A stretch of 64,000 bases of DNA from Marispirochaeta sp. (GTDB lineage: Bacteria; Spirochaetota; Spirochaetia; JC444; Marispirochaetaceae), in contig CAXXFF010000002.1 in the NCBI GenBank assembly GCA_963676835.2, positions 800,001 to 864,000 of the forward strand. The letters run 5' to 3'. How positions within the stretch are numbered: the stretch's first letter is position 1; every line of letters starts with the position of its first letter. Both the position numbers and the translations under genes were made by a program. The notes beneath the pieces are model-generated. The model saw only the letters and a list, made by a program, of their open reading frames with translations, was not told where the DNA came from and did no database searches. Positions 9,030-17,721 of this stretch are shown one piece after another.

Positions 9030-9755
9030 TCATCCCTTCCTTTCACTGACATTATCGTCATATTCCTCATAAGATTGAGTAAAATTCCTTCCCTCAACCA
9101 TAATTGCGAACTCGCCCTTTATGCTGGCGCGCTTCTCCAGTTCTGTCAAGATCTCCCCGGGGCTTCCTGTAAGGAACTCCTCGTGGAGTTTGGTCATCTC
9201 ACGGCCTATGCAGACTCGCCGTTCCGGTGCAATCTCTGCAAGGTTCCGTACAAGCTTTATGATCCTGTAGGGTGACTCATAAAGGAGGAAGTTTTCCTCT
9301 CTTTCGGTCAGTTCCTTCAGTCTCTTTTTTCTCCGTCCCTCTTTCGGGCTTAAAAAGCCGTCAAAGATCACGGTTCGGCCGCCAAAACCCGCCGCGCTTA
9401 CCAGGGTTGCAAAGGCACTGGCTCCCGGCAGGGGAACCACCGTATGCCCTGCATTCCGTACCGCTCCAGCCAGTACCGCCCCTGGATCGCTGACTCCCGG
9501 GGTGCCTGCATCTGAAGCATAGGCTACATCCTGGCCGGAATCAAGAATTTCGATGATTCTGTCCGCGGCAATTGCCTCATTTCTGGACCGGCAGCTGATA
9601 AGCTGCTTCTGAATTCCGTATGCACTCAGCAGTTTCAGGGTATGCCTGGTATCTTCACAGGCAATAACCTCGACGGACTTCAATATATCCAGGGTGCGAA
9701 GGGTAATATCCCTCAGGTTTCCTATCGGTGTTGCTGCTATATAGAGGGTACCCAC
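9030..9755 (-). CDS. rsmI: 16S rRNA (cytidine(1402)-2'-O)-methyltransferase
   Basis: ATPIGNLRDIT, ACEDTRHT, SDAGTPGVSDPG, YESPYR, REMTKLHEE and KGE motifs. Confidence 0.96.
   Translation of the reverse strand: MGTLYIAATPIGNLRDITLRTLDILKSVEVIACEDTRHTLKLLSAYGIQKQLISCRSRNEAIAADRIIEILDSGQDVAYASDAGTPGVSDPGAVLAGAVRNAGHTVVPLPGASAFATLVSAAGFGGRTVIFDGFLSPKEGRRKKRLKELTEREENFLLYESPYRIIKLVRNLAEIAPERRVCIGREMTKLHEEFLTGSPGEILTELEKRASIKGEFAIMVEGRNFTQSYEEYDDNVSERKG
9052..9078 (-). promoter_or_regulatory. Putative sigma-28 promoter for flgM inside the 3' end of rsmI
   Basis: Minus strand TCAA-N15-GACGATAA (consensus TAAA-N15-GCCGATAA), about 25 nt before the flgM ATG. Confidence 0.65.
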
Positions 9756-9847
9756 ACCATCATTGTACTAAGAATCGGCACAAATTCCAATTCTTTTTAC
9801 CTCTTTTCCCTGTTCTGCCTCTTCTTCAGCCTCTGCTTCCTTGCGTC

Positions 9848-9874
9848 TAAAAAGTTTCCTTTTTCTGCCGAAAA
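9848..9874 (+). promoter_or_regulatory. Putative sigma-28 promoter
   Basis: TAAA-N15-GCCGAAAA, one mismatch to consensus, upstream of the ATG at 9901. Confidence 0.5.
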
Positions 9875-9900
9875 TTGATCTGGAGGCATATGGGGAGATC

Positions 9901-10317
9901 ATGGAACTGCTGATCCTGGGACTTTTAACGGTAATTATTGTTCTGCTCCTTTTTGTGTACCGCCGCCTCTCCGGGACTGGAACGGCCGGGCAGATCTCCT
10001 CTTCTTCCGAAAACAGCTCCGGAGAGGCGGGAAGAGGGCCGGGGGTGAAAAAAAGCCCCTGTCCCCTGTGTAAAACTCTGCTGGTGCCGGGAGAGCGGGT
10101 TAAGTCTGTGGTGTATCCAGGCAAGGGTGACCGTCTGGTGGAGATTTACGGCTGCCCCTACTGTTATCCCCCCAATCACCGTTACCCCCGCTACTGCCCC
10201 TCCTGCAAAAGGGAGCTTAATCAGGATGAGCTTGTATTTGCCCGCATGTTCGACACCTCCGGCAAGGCTCACATGCATGTAAACGGATGCCGGGTCTGCA
10301 TGCGCCGGTCTCCCTGA
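9901..10317 (+). CDS. Membrane-anchored Cys-rich (putative Zn-binding) hypothetical protein
   Basis: N-terminal TM helix; CPLC, CPYC, CPSC and HxxGCxxC motifs; GGAGG/GGGGAG upstream of ATG 9901. Confidence 0.75.
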   Translation: MELLILGLLTVIIVLLLFVYRRLSGTGTAGQISSSSENSSGEAGRGPGVKKSPCPLCKTLLVPGERVKSVVYPGKGDRLVEIYGCPYCYPPNHRYPRYCPSCKRELNQDELVFARMFDTSGKAHMHVNGCRVCMRRSP

Positions 10318-10356
10318 TCTTGTAAGTTTCCTCAGGCGTATGCTACATTCCCTTTC

Positions 10357-12153
10357 ATGGAACAATACAGACGAACCGCTCATTGCGGACAGCTCACCCT
10401 TGCAGACGAGGGAAAAACCGTAACTCTCAACGGTTGGGTCCACAGAAACCGGGACCACGGCGGAGTACATTTTGTCGATTTACGGGACCGCTACGGTCTT
10501 ACCCAGATAGTTGTTGATGAGGATGCCGCGGAAGCGGTTCGGGAGCAGGCTGCTTCTCTGAAGTTTGAATACTGTATTGCTGTGGTCGGTACGGTCCGCC
10601 GCAGGCTGAATCCCAATCCCAACATCCCCACCGGGGAGATTGAAGTCAGCGCCGGTGAGATTCATATTCTCAGCAGCTGCGATGTTCTTCCTTTTATGGT
10701 TGATGAAAAGAGTGATGCCAAGGAAGATCTGCGGCTGAAATACCGCTACCTCGACCTGCGTTCCACCTCCATGCAGAAGAAGCTTAAGCTGCGTCACGAT
10801 GTTACCTTTGCCGTACGGGAGTTTCTTAACGGCGAAGGCTTTATGGAGATTGAAACTCCTACCCTTATAAAGTCCACCCCCGAAGGTGCCCGTGACTTTA
10901 TTGTCCCCAGCCGGATTCACCACGGCAAGGTTTACGCCCTGCCTCAGTCGCCCCAGCTTTTCAAACAGATCCTTATGGTGGGAGGCTGTGACCGCTACTT
11001 TCAGATAGCCCGCTGCTACCGCGATGAGGATGCCCGGGGTGACCGTCAGCTTGAGTTTACCCAGATCGACCTGGAGATGAGCTTTGTCTCCCGGGATGAC
11101 ATCTTTGCGGTAACCGAAGGCATGATGTCCCATATCTTTAAAAAGACCATGAACATGGAGCTGAATCTTCCCTTTCCGCGGATCGGCTACCACGACGCCC
11201 TGAACCGCTTCGGCTCGGACAAACCGGAGCTCCGCTTCGATATGGAGCTTCAGGATTTCGCACCTTTTGTCTCAGGTGTCTCAGGTGATTCAGGTGATTC
11301 AGGAGGAGGCGGTTTCAAGGTTTTTGAACAGGTGCTGGAATCCGGCGGTGCGGTCAAGGCCCTGGTGGCCAAAGGCTGCGGCGGCTACTCCAGGAAGCAG
11401 ATTACCGATCTGGAAGATGCGGCAAAAACCTACGGTGCCAAAGGGCTTGCCTGGATGAAGGTAGGTGATGACGGTATCGACGGCGGTATTTCCAAGTTCT
11501 TTACCGAAAAAGCCGCTGAGATTACTTCAGGTCTTGGTGCTGAAGCAGGAGACCTTATCCTGTTTGTTGCAGACAAGTGGCAGACTGCCTGTACTGCACT
11601 GGGTGCGGTTCGCCTTAAGGTGGGCCGTGATCTGGGTCTTATCGATCCGTCACGTTTTGCTTTCGCCTGGATTGTAGACTTTCCTCTCTTTGAATGGAAT
11701 GAAGACGAAGAGAAGTGGGATCCCGCCCACCATATGTTCACCATGCCCCAGGCTCAGTATCTTGATACCCTTGAATCCAACCCGGGAGATGTGCGGGCGG
11801 ATATGTACGATATGGTCTGTAACGGCTACGAACTGGCGTCCGGATCCATCAGGGTCCATGACCCGGAAATTCAGAAGCGGATCTTCTCTGTGGTCGGATT
11901 CAGCCAGGAAGAAGCTCAGAAGCGCTTCGGCTTTCTGCTGGATGCCTTCAAGTACGGGCCTCCTCCCCACGGCGGTATCGCCCCGGGACTAGACCGGCTG
12001 GTTATGATCATGGCGGGAGAAAACTCTATCCGCGAGGTAATCGCCTTTCCGAAGAATACCGTCGGCATCAGCCCCATGGATGAATCCCCGGCGGAGGGTG
12101 AACCGGAACAGTACCGGGATCTCGGTCTGCAGGTACTGCCGCAGGAAGAATAG
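10357..12153 (+). CDS. aspS: Aspartate--tRNA ligase (likely non-discriminating)
   Basis: RDHGG, YRYLDLR, STPEGARDF, LPQSPQLFKQ, EFTQIDLEMSF, GAD domain and PPHGGIAPGLDR. Confidence 0.98.
   Translation: MEQYRRTAHCGQLTLADEGKTVTLNGWVHRNRDHGGVHFVDLRDRYGLTQIVVDEDAAEAVREQAASLKFEYCIAVVGTVRRRLNPNPNIPTGEIEVSAGEIHILSSCDVLPFMVDEKSDAKEDLRLKYRYLDLRSTSMQKKLKLRHDVTFAVREFLNGEGFMEIETPTLIKSTPEGARDFIVPSRIHHGKVYALPQSPQLFKQILMVGGCDRYFQIARCYRDEDARGDRQLEFTQIDLEMSFVSRDDIFAVTEGMMSHIFKKTMNMELNLPFPRIGYHDALNRFGSDKPELRFDMELQDFAPFVSGVSGDSGDSGGGGFKVFEQVLESGGAVKALVAKGCGGYSRKQITDLEDAAKTYGAKGLAWMKVGDDGIDGGISKFFTEKAAEITSGLGAEAGDLILFVADKWQTACTALGAVRLKVGRDLGLIDPSRFAFAWIVDFPLFEWNEDEEKWDPAHHMFTMPQAQYLDTLESNPGDVRADMYDMVCNGYELASGSIRVHDPEIQKRIFSVVGFSQEEAQKRFGFLLDAFKYGPPPHGGIAPGLDRLVMIMAGENSIREVIAFPKNTVGISPMDESPAEGEPEQYRDLGLQVLPQEE
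11272..11307 (+). repeat. In-frame 9-bp tandem repeat within aspS
   Basis: tcaggtgtc-tcaggtgat-tcaggtgat-tcaggagga encodes SGV-SGD-SGD-SGG. Confidence 0.85.
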
Positions 12154-12213
12154 CAGGAACTCCTTGTTCCCGGCGGACACTATTGCTACCTTAGAAATAA
12201 GAGAGGTTAGTAT

Positions 12214-13302
12214 ATGTTTGCCGGGTTCCTGGAGGAATCGAAAATTATTGTCAGTCTGCTTATCCCCTACCTGCTGCTCCTTGGTGTTATCGGAGCAGGG
12301 TATCTGGGGGGGATTATTTTTTCCCGTATATTACGTCTTATTGTAAAAAGGTTTCCCTTTCATGCCCTGCCGGTCTATATCCGCTATATGCGGCAGCCGG
12401 TGCGGATCCTTGTCAGTCTTGTGGTTGTCTACCTGGTCAGCCGTTCCGCTTTTATTCCCGATCTCGATGAAGAGATTATTGCTTCTGTTCTTCGGATACT
12501 CTTTATTGCCGATGCCACCTGGATACTTTTAGGGATACTTCATGTAGGTGAAGCCTACCTGAAGAACCGGCTCCACCTGGATGCGGCGGATAATCTCAGG
12601 GCCAGAAAAATATTTACTCAGTTGGGGATTCTCAGGAGAATCAGCGCTTTTGTTATCGTGCTGCTTGGAACCGGAGTGCTGTTAACCAGCTTCGACGGAA
12701 TCAGGCAGTTGGGCACTACTCTGCTGGCATCGGCGGGAGTGGTGGGTATTATCCTCGGTGTTGCTGCGCAGAAAACCATCGGCCTGGTTCTTGCGGGCCT
12801 TCAGGTTGCCCTGACCCAGCCCATACGGATCGATGATGTACTTATTGTCGAGGGCGAATGGGGCAGGGTGGAGGAGATTGCCCTGACCTATGTGGTGGTG
12901 AAAATATGGGATGAACGGCGGCTGGTTCTGCCTATATCCTATTTTATCGAAAAACCCTTTCAGAACTGGACCCGCTCCAGCGCCCAGCTTATAGGCTCTG
13001 TGTATCTGTATGCGGATTTTACCTTCAATGTCGATCCTCTGCGGGAGGAGCTTGCCCGGATACTGCCGGAAATAGCTGAATGGGACGGCAGGGTCCAGGT
13101 TATTCAGGTTACCGACCTGAGCGAGCGTGGTCAGGAGCTGCGGGTGCTGGTAAGTTCCACCGATGCCCCGAAGCTCTGGGATCTTCGCTGTAAAGTCCGG
13201 GAAAGGCTTCTAACCTATATGCAGAAGAACTATCCGGAGAATCTGCCGCGCATACGGGCATCCCTTGAGAACAGGGTAAAAGAGGGTGAAAACCAATCTT
13301 AA
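12214..13302 (+). CDS. MscS-family mechanosensitive channel
   Basis: LLASAGVVGIILGVAAQ, QPIRIDDV, GRVEEI and PFQNWTR motifs. Confidence 0.93.
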   Translation: MFAGFLEESKIIVSLLIPYLLLLGVIGAGYLGGIIFSRILRLIVKRFPFHALPVYIRYMRQPVRILVSLVVVYLVSRSAFIPDLDEEIIASVLRILFIADATWILLGILHVGEAYLKNRLHLDAADNLRARKIFTQLGILRRISAFVIVLLGTGVLLTSFDGIRQLGTTLLASAGVVGIILGVAAQKTIGLVLAGLQVALTQPIRIDDVLIVEGEWGRVEEIALTYVVVKIWDERRLVLPISYFIEKPFQNWTRSSAQLIGSVYLYADFTFNVDPLREELARILPEIAEWDGRVQVIQVTDLSERGQELRVLVSSTDAPKLWDLRCKVRERLLTYMQKNYPENLPRIRASLENRVKEGENQS

Positions 13303-13363
13303 GCTTGCCCCGGAAGTCAGGGGATGGTAATTTTTAAGGGTAGGAATGCAGGAGGTGGAGCAG

Positions 13364-13663
13364 ATGAAACCTGAAGACAAGGAAAAGATCAAGAAAGAGA
13401 TTAACGATGCCATCGACTCGGTAAACGAAACCTTAAAGAAGCTCAAGGAAAAACAGTCGGAGCTTGCAGGAGACGTAAGGAAAGAGCTGGATGCGAGGAT
13501 TGAAGTTCTTGAGGCAAAACGCAAAGAGCTGACAGAAAAGTCCCTTGAACTTGGTAAACATGCCGGTGAGGCTGTACGGGATATTGCCGATGGAGCACGC
13601 CTTGCAGCATCTGATCTTTTAGAAGGTGTCAGCACCGCCTGGAAAGAGTTCCGGAGCAAATAG
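13364..13663 (+). CDS. Small charged coiled-coil hypothetical protein
   Basis: GGAGG SD before ATG 13364; helical K/E-rich sequence. Confidence 0.7.
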   Translation: MKPEDKEKIKKEINDAIDSVNETLKKLKEKQSELAGDVRKELDARIEVLEAKRKELTEKSLELGKHAGEAVRDIADGARLAASDLLEGVSTAWKEFRSK

Positions 13664-13725
13664 CAGATTGAGCTTTTAAATTTGTCAGGAGCTTGTTAGA
13701 GAAGACAAATAGACGGGAACCGGCT

Positions 13726-15705
13726 CTAAAACCGCTGGTTCCCGAGAATTTTGATAATATAGAGTTTTATGTAGGTCATGAGGGGACCCTTTTTCTTTAT
13801 CTGATCAAGGGCTTCGTGCTCCGCCAGCTGCCGGGCCATATTTTCTATTCGTGAAAGATCCGGCGGTTTTACACGGAAATTTCTTTTTATCTTGCGAATA
13901 AAATCCCTTATCAGTGAGTTCACATCCTCAACAAGATTGGCTTTGGCCCTGGGGTCGTAGAGGGGGTTCCACTTCTCCGCCAGGCTTCCCAGGGATTCTT
14001 CCAGGGGGGCATCATCGCCGGTTATGCGCTGTTTCAGTTTTTCCAGAGCCTCTTTATAGTTTAAAAGCTCCTGCTTGCTGGTTTTTGCCTGGGAGCCTGA
14101 GGGGCGTTCGTGGAAATCCTCATCATGGGCATCGGCAAAGCTGGTTGAAACAAAGCCGTCGCCGTGGGAGCGTTTTTTTATCTGCGTAGATTTTTCCCGG
14201 GATTTCCGACCATTGCCGAAGCTGAAGAGACCGTTCAGGAATTTGACAACCCCAACAAAGAGAGGGATTGTTTTCCACAGGGGAACCTTGAACTTTGCAT
14301 CCCTGACCAGGTCATCACGCTTCAGGCCCAGAACCTCATCCAGGGGTTTAAGAGAGTGGTGCTGGGTATCAAAGAGTTCCTGGGTGGACTTTGTGGCATC
14401 ATAGCCGTAGTTTCCCGATTCCAGAGCAAGAAAGAGCAGGTCGAAGCGAAGAAGTCCGTGAAGCAGGGGATCCTCTCCTTTCAGCCGTTCTTCAAGATCC
14501 CGGATAAAGGCTTCGTCGGTTTTCATTTCGGGGCTTACCTTGTAGTTGTTCAGCATCAGGGTGAACATGTTCTGGTAATCCCGCTTGAAGAGTTCACTGG
14601 CGGCCCTGAGCTTTTTCAGGGTAAGGGGAATGAGCAGTTCCCGGTGAATGAAATACTCTTTATTGTTGGGTGTCCGCACCCGTACAATTTCTGCAAGTCC
14701 CTTTTTATCTTCCGCAGTGGTGAGCTTTCGGAGATAGGCATTAAGGTCGTCCAGGGAGAATTTTTTGGACAGGGGCATGCCGTTCTTGTCTTTAAATGAG
14801 TGAACCTCGTTAAAGGTGAAGTGATAGGGAACCTGACGGAAGCCCTGACGTACCTGCTTGAGGGCGGATTCCTTGTCTTTCTCCTTCTGGGAGATACTCT
14901 TGTAGTACATATTGTAGAGACCAAGAAGGTAGGCTGCCTGCATGTAGCTGTTCTCAAGGGCTGTACGGTTGTTCTTTTTGTTGTACTCCTGGATCATGGA
15001 ACTTGCCAGGTGGGTCCAGAACTGAAAGGAAAAATCCGTGGGCTCCAGGAGTGAGGCCATGGCCGTACGGGACTGGGTAAGAGCCTTGGAGAACATATCC
15101 TTGAGGCTTGCTTCCCGGTTGCGGAAGATTCCCCGCATTCGGCTCTGCATATATTCTGCATTGCGGTGGGTGTTCAGATAGTTGCGCACCTTGGCCACCG
15201 AGAGTTCCAGCAGTTTTGTTTCGATCAGGGTGGAGGTAGTCATTATTGAGGGAATGGTTTCGGGAAAGGTGAGCCGGACTATCTCCTGGTCATCCTTCTT
15301 TTTCAGGAATTCCACGAACTCGGTTTTAACATCCACAGACTCAAGAGCTGCATCGGGAATATTGAAGCCGGTGCTGCTGGTTGTTGGAAAGGGCTCTTCC
15401 GGTTTCTCTTCGACAACCTTATAGAGTTTCTGTATTTCGAAGTAGTAGTATTTCGGGTAAAAGATGGACTTGATACGGTCGTCCTGTTTGTCGAGGCTGA
15501 CAATGCCCTTTGCCGCAAGGCTTTCAAACTCCTTCTCCATGACATCGTCCTGGGCGAGTCTTTGATCCACCTCTTCCCCTTCACTGATAAGGCGCTCAAT
15601 GTACTTTTGTGCGTAGGCAGCGAAGGAGGTAAAATTGAAACGGGGTTTTCCCATACGCAGGGAGTAACCGCGGATTATGGTATTCAGATCATAACGGCCG
15701 GCCAT
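13726..15705 (-). CDS. Large hypothetical protein (659 aa)
   Basis: Long ORF with coding-like composition directly downstream of parC; no family recognised. Confidence 0.8.
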   Translation of the reverse strand: MAGRYDLNTIIRGYSLRMGKPRFNFTSFAAYAQKYIERLISEGEEVDQRLAQDDVMEKEFESLAAKGIVSLDKQDDRIKSIFYPKYYYFEIQKLYKVVEEKPEEPFPTTSSTGFNIPDAALESVDVKTEFVEFLKKKDDQEIVRLTFPETIPSIMTTSTLIETKLLELSVAKVRNYLNTHRNAEYMQSRMRGIFRNREASLKDMFSKALTQSRTAMASLLEPTDFSFQFWTHLASSMIQEYNKKNNRTALENSYMQAAYLLGLYNMYYKSISQKEKDKESALKQVRQGFRQVPYHFTFNEVHSFKDKNGMPLSKKFSLDDLNAYLRKLTTAEDKKGLAEIVRVRTPNNKEYFIHRELLIPLTLKKLRAASELFKRDYQNMFTLMLNNYKVSPEMKTDEAFIRDLEERLKGEDPLLHGLLRFDLLFLALESGNYGYDATKSTQELFDTQHHSLKPLDEVLGLKRDDLVRDAKFKVPLWKTIPLFVGVVKFLNGLFSFGNGRKSREKSTQIKKRSHGDGFVSTSFADAHDEDFHERPSGSQAKTSKQELLNYKEALEKLKQRITGDDAPLEESLGSLAEKWNPLYDPRAKANLVEDVNSLIRDFIRKIKRNFRVKPPDLSRIENMARQLAEHEALDQIKKKGPLMTYIKLYIIKILGNQRF

Positions 15706-15768
15706 CAGCTAATAATGCCCCTTATTCTATTATCTTTTACACTATTCAGGCACCTGTTAAGGTGCCTG

Positions 15769-17721
15769 CTACTTAGATTGTAGCCCGCTTTTACCATTAG
15801 AACCAGTGGAAAGGCGCACGAATTTCATGCTCTTGATTTCCTTTGCGGCCAGACGTACACCGCCGGCTTTAACGCCCTTTACCATGTAGTCATCCAGCAC
15901 AAAGGTCTCGCTGAGCTTTTTCATCCGGGGCTTCGGCTTGTAGTTTACCTGTACTCCCACTTTTTCATGCTGGGTTGTCAGTTTTATCAGGTCAGCTTCA
16001 TCGGGAACCAGGGAGTACCCTTTGTTGAGGATGTACTGCTCGATTTTTGTCCGCTTAAGGTAAGCGTAGCCGCTCTTTTTGTCCCGGTAGATAATGGAAA
16101 ATACCAGGTTTGACAGTCGGTCTTTTTCCGCCAGAACACAGGAGAGCATACCCTTGTCCACAAAGAGGCGCTCCGGAACATCCATGACTGAGTATCCTCC
16201 GGTCTGGCGGATGGCCAGTATACGGTCGTAGGGAGATACCTGAAAAAGAACCTTTCCGCTTTTTACCCCGTAGCCGAGATAGCCTGTGTCTGCATCGTAG
16301 CGGAGGTCCAGGTCCCGGTTGGCCGCTTCCCGTACATCAACCTTGTCGAAGGAGGTTATCTTGGAACGGCGGCTTGCATCCCCGCCGTACTCCTTCATTA
16401 TCTCTTCCAGAAAGCCCACAGCGTAGTCTGTGAGGTTTTTCAGGTGGTGCCGTACCTCTTTGAGGCGGGCTTCAAGCTCCTGCAGTTCCCGCTTGGCCTT
16501 TTCAATATCGTAGAGGGATATACGGCGGATGGGTATTTTCAGCAGCCGCTCAACATCCTCGTCGCTTACTTCCCGGCGGATTTCCGCCTGAAAGGGTTCC
16601 AACCCGGTGTGGACCGCTTTCATTACGCCGGCTGAGGTCTTCTCCTCTTCTATCCGTTTGTACACCCGTTCTTCGATAAAAATCCTTTCCAGGGTCCGGG
16701 CATGAATCTTGTCCTTGAGTCTGCCCTCTTCAATCTTCAGCTCTGCCTTGAGGATTTTTAGGAGAGAACCGGCGTGATATTCAATTATCTTTGAGATTGG
16801 AATGGGCACCGGTTTGTTGTCGATTATAAGCAGTGAGTTTACCGAGATGGATGTTTCACAGTCGGTGAAGGCATAGAGAGCGTCGATTACCTCCCCGGTA
16901 TGTACTCCCCGGGCGAGCTTGATCTCTATCTCCACGTTTTCCGCGGTATAGTCGCTGATGCCTGCAATCTTGAGCTTGTCTTTCTTTGCGGCGCTTTCAA
17001 TAGAGGTGATCAGGGTATCCGAGGTTGTGCCGAAGGGCAGTTCCCGGACTACAATTCGTTTGGGGTCGGAGGTGTCCAGCTTTGCCCGTACCAGCACCTT
17101 ACCCAGTCCGTCCTCATATTCCGCCACATCAATGATTCCCCCGGTGGGAAAATCGGGGTAGATAATCTGCTTATTGCCCAGCAGCGCCTGTTTTACCGCC
17201 TCCAGAACCTCGTTGAAGTTGTGGGGCAGTATCTTGGTTGCCATTCCCACGGCGATACCTTCGGTGCCCTGAATAAGGATAACCGGGATTTTGGCCGGAA
17301 ACACCACAGGCTCCTGGTTTCTTCCATCGTAGGAATCTTCATAGTCGGTTATTTCCGGCACATAGAGGACCTTCTTCGCCAGGGGCAGCAGACGGCACTC
17401 AATGTACCTGGCGGCAGAAGCGGGATCGCCGGTGTAGATGTTTCCGAAGTTTCCCTGCTTCTCGATAAACAGGTCTTTATTGGCAAGCACCACCAGGGCG
17501 CTGTTGATGGAGGCATCACCGTGGGGGTGGTACTTCATGCAGTGTCCCACAACATTGGCTACCTTGTGAAACTTGCCGTCATCCATCTCCAGCAGGGAGT
17601 GGAGAATCCGCCGCTGAACCGGTTTGAGCCCGTCCTCTATATTGGGAATGGCCCGGTCCTTGATTACATAGGAGGCGTACTCCATAAAGTTGATATCGAA
17701 GAGATTCTGTACGTATGCCAT
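15769..17721 (-). CDS. parC: DNA topoisomerase IV subunit A
   Basis: DGLKPVQRR, YHPHGD, QGNFG, AARYIE (catalytic Tyr) and GIAVGMAT. Short (650 aa) and lacks a GyrA-box. Confidence 0.92.
   Translation of the reverse strand: MAYVQNLFDINFMEYASYVIKDRAIPNIEDGLKPVQRRILHSLLEMDDGKFHKVANVVGHCMKYHPHGDASINSALVVLANKDLFIEKQGNFGNIYTGDPASAARYIECRLLPLAKKVLYVPEITDYEDSYDGRNQEPVVFPAKIPVILIQGTEGIAVGMATKILPHNFNEVLEAVKQALLGNKQIIYPDFPTGGIIDVAEYEDGLGKVLVRAKLDTSDPKRIVVRELPFGTTSDTLITSIESAAKKDKLKIAGISDYTAENVEIEIKLARGVHTGEVIDALYAFTDCETSISVNSLLIIDNKPVPIPISKIIEYHAGSLLKILKAELKIEEGRLKDKIHARTLERIFIEERVYKRIEEEKTSAGVMKAVHTGLEPFQAEIRREVSDEDVERLLKIPIRRISLYDIEKAKRELQELEARLKEVRHHLKNLTDYAVGFLEEIMKEYGGDASRRSKITSFDKVDVREAANRDLDLRYDADTGYLGYGVKSGKVLFQVSPYDRILAIRQTGGYSVMDVPERLFVDKGMLSCVLAEKDRLSNLVFSIIYRDKKSGYAYLKRTKIEQYILNKGYSLVPDEADLIKLTTQHEKVGVQVNYKPKPRMKKLSETFVLDDYMVKGVKAGGVRLAAKEIKSMKFVRLSTGSNGKSGLQSK

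Noticed and set aside
9768..10124. 118-aa minus-strand ORF with a charged C-terminus
   Set aside because: Antisense to the better-supported Cys-rich gene and runs through the divergent promoter region.
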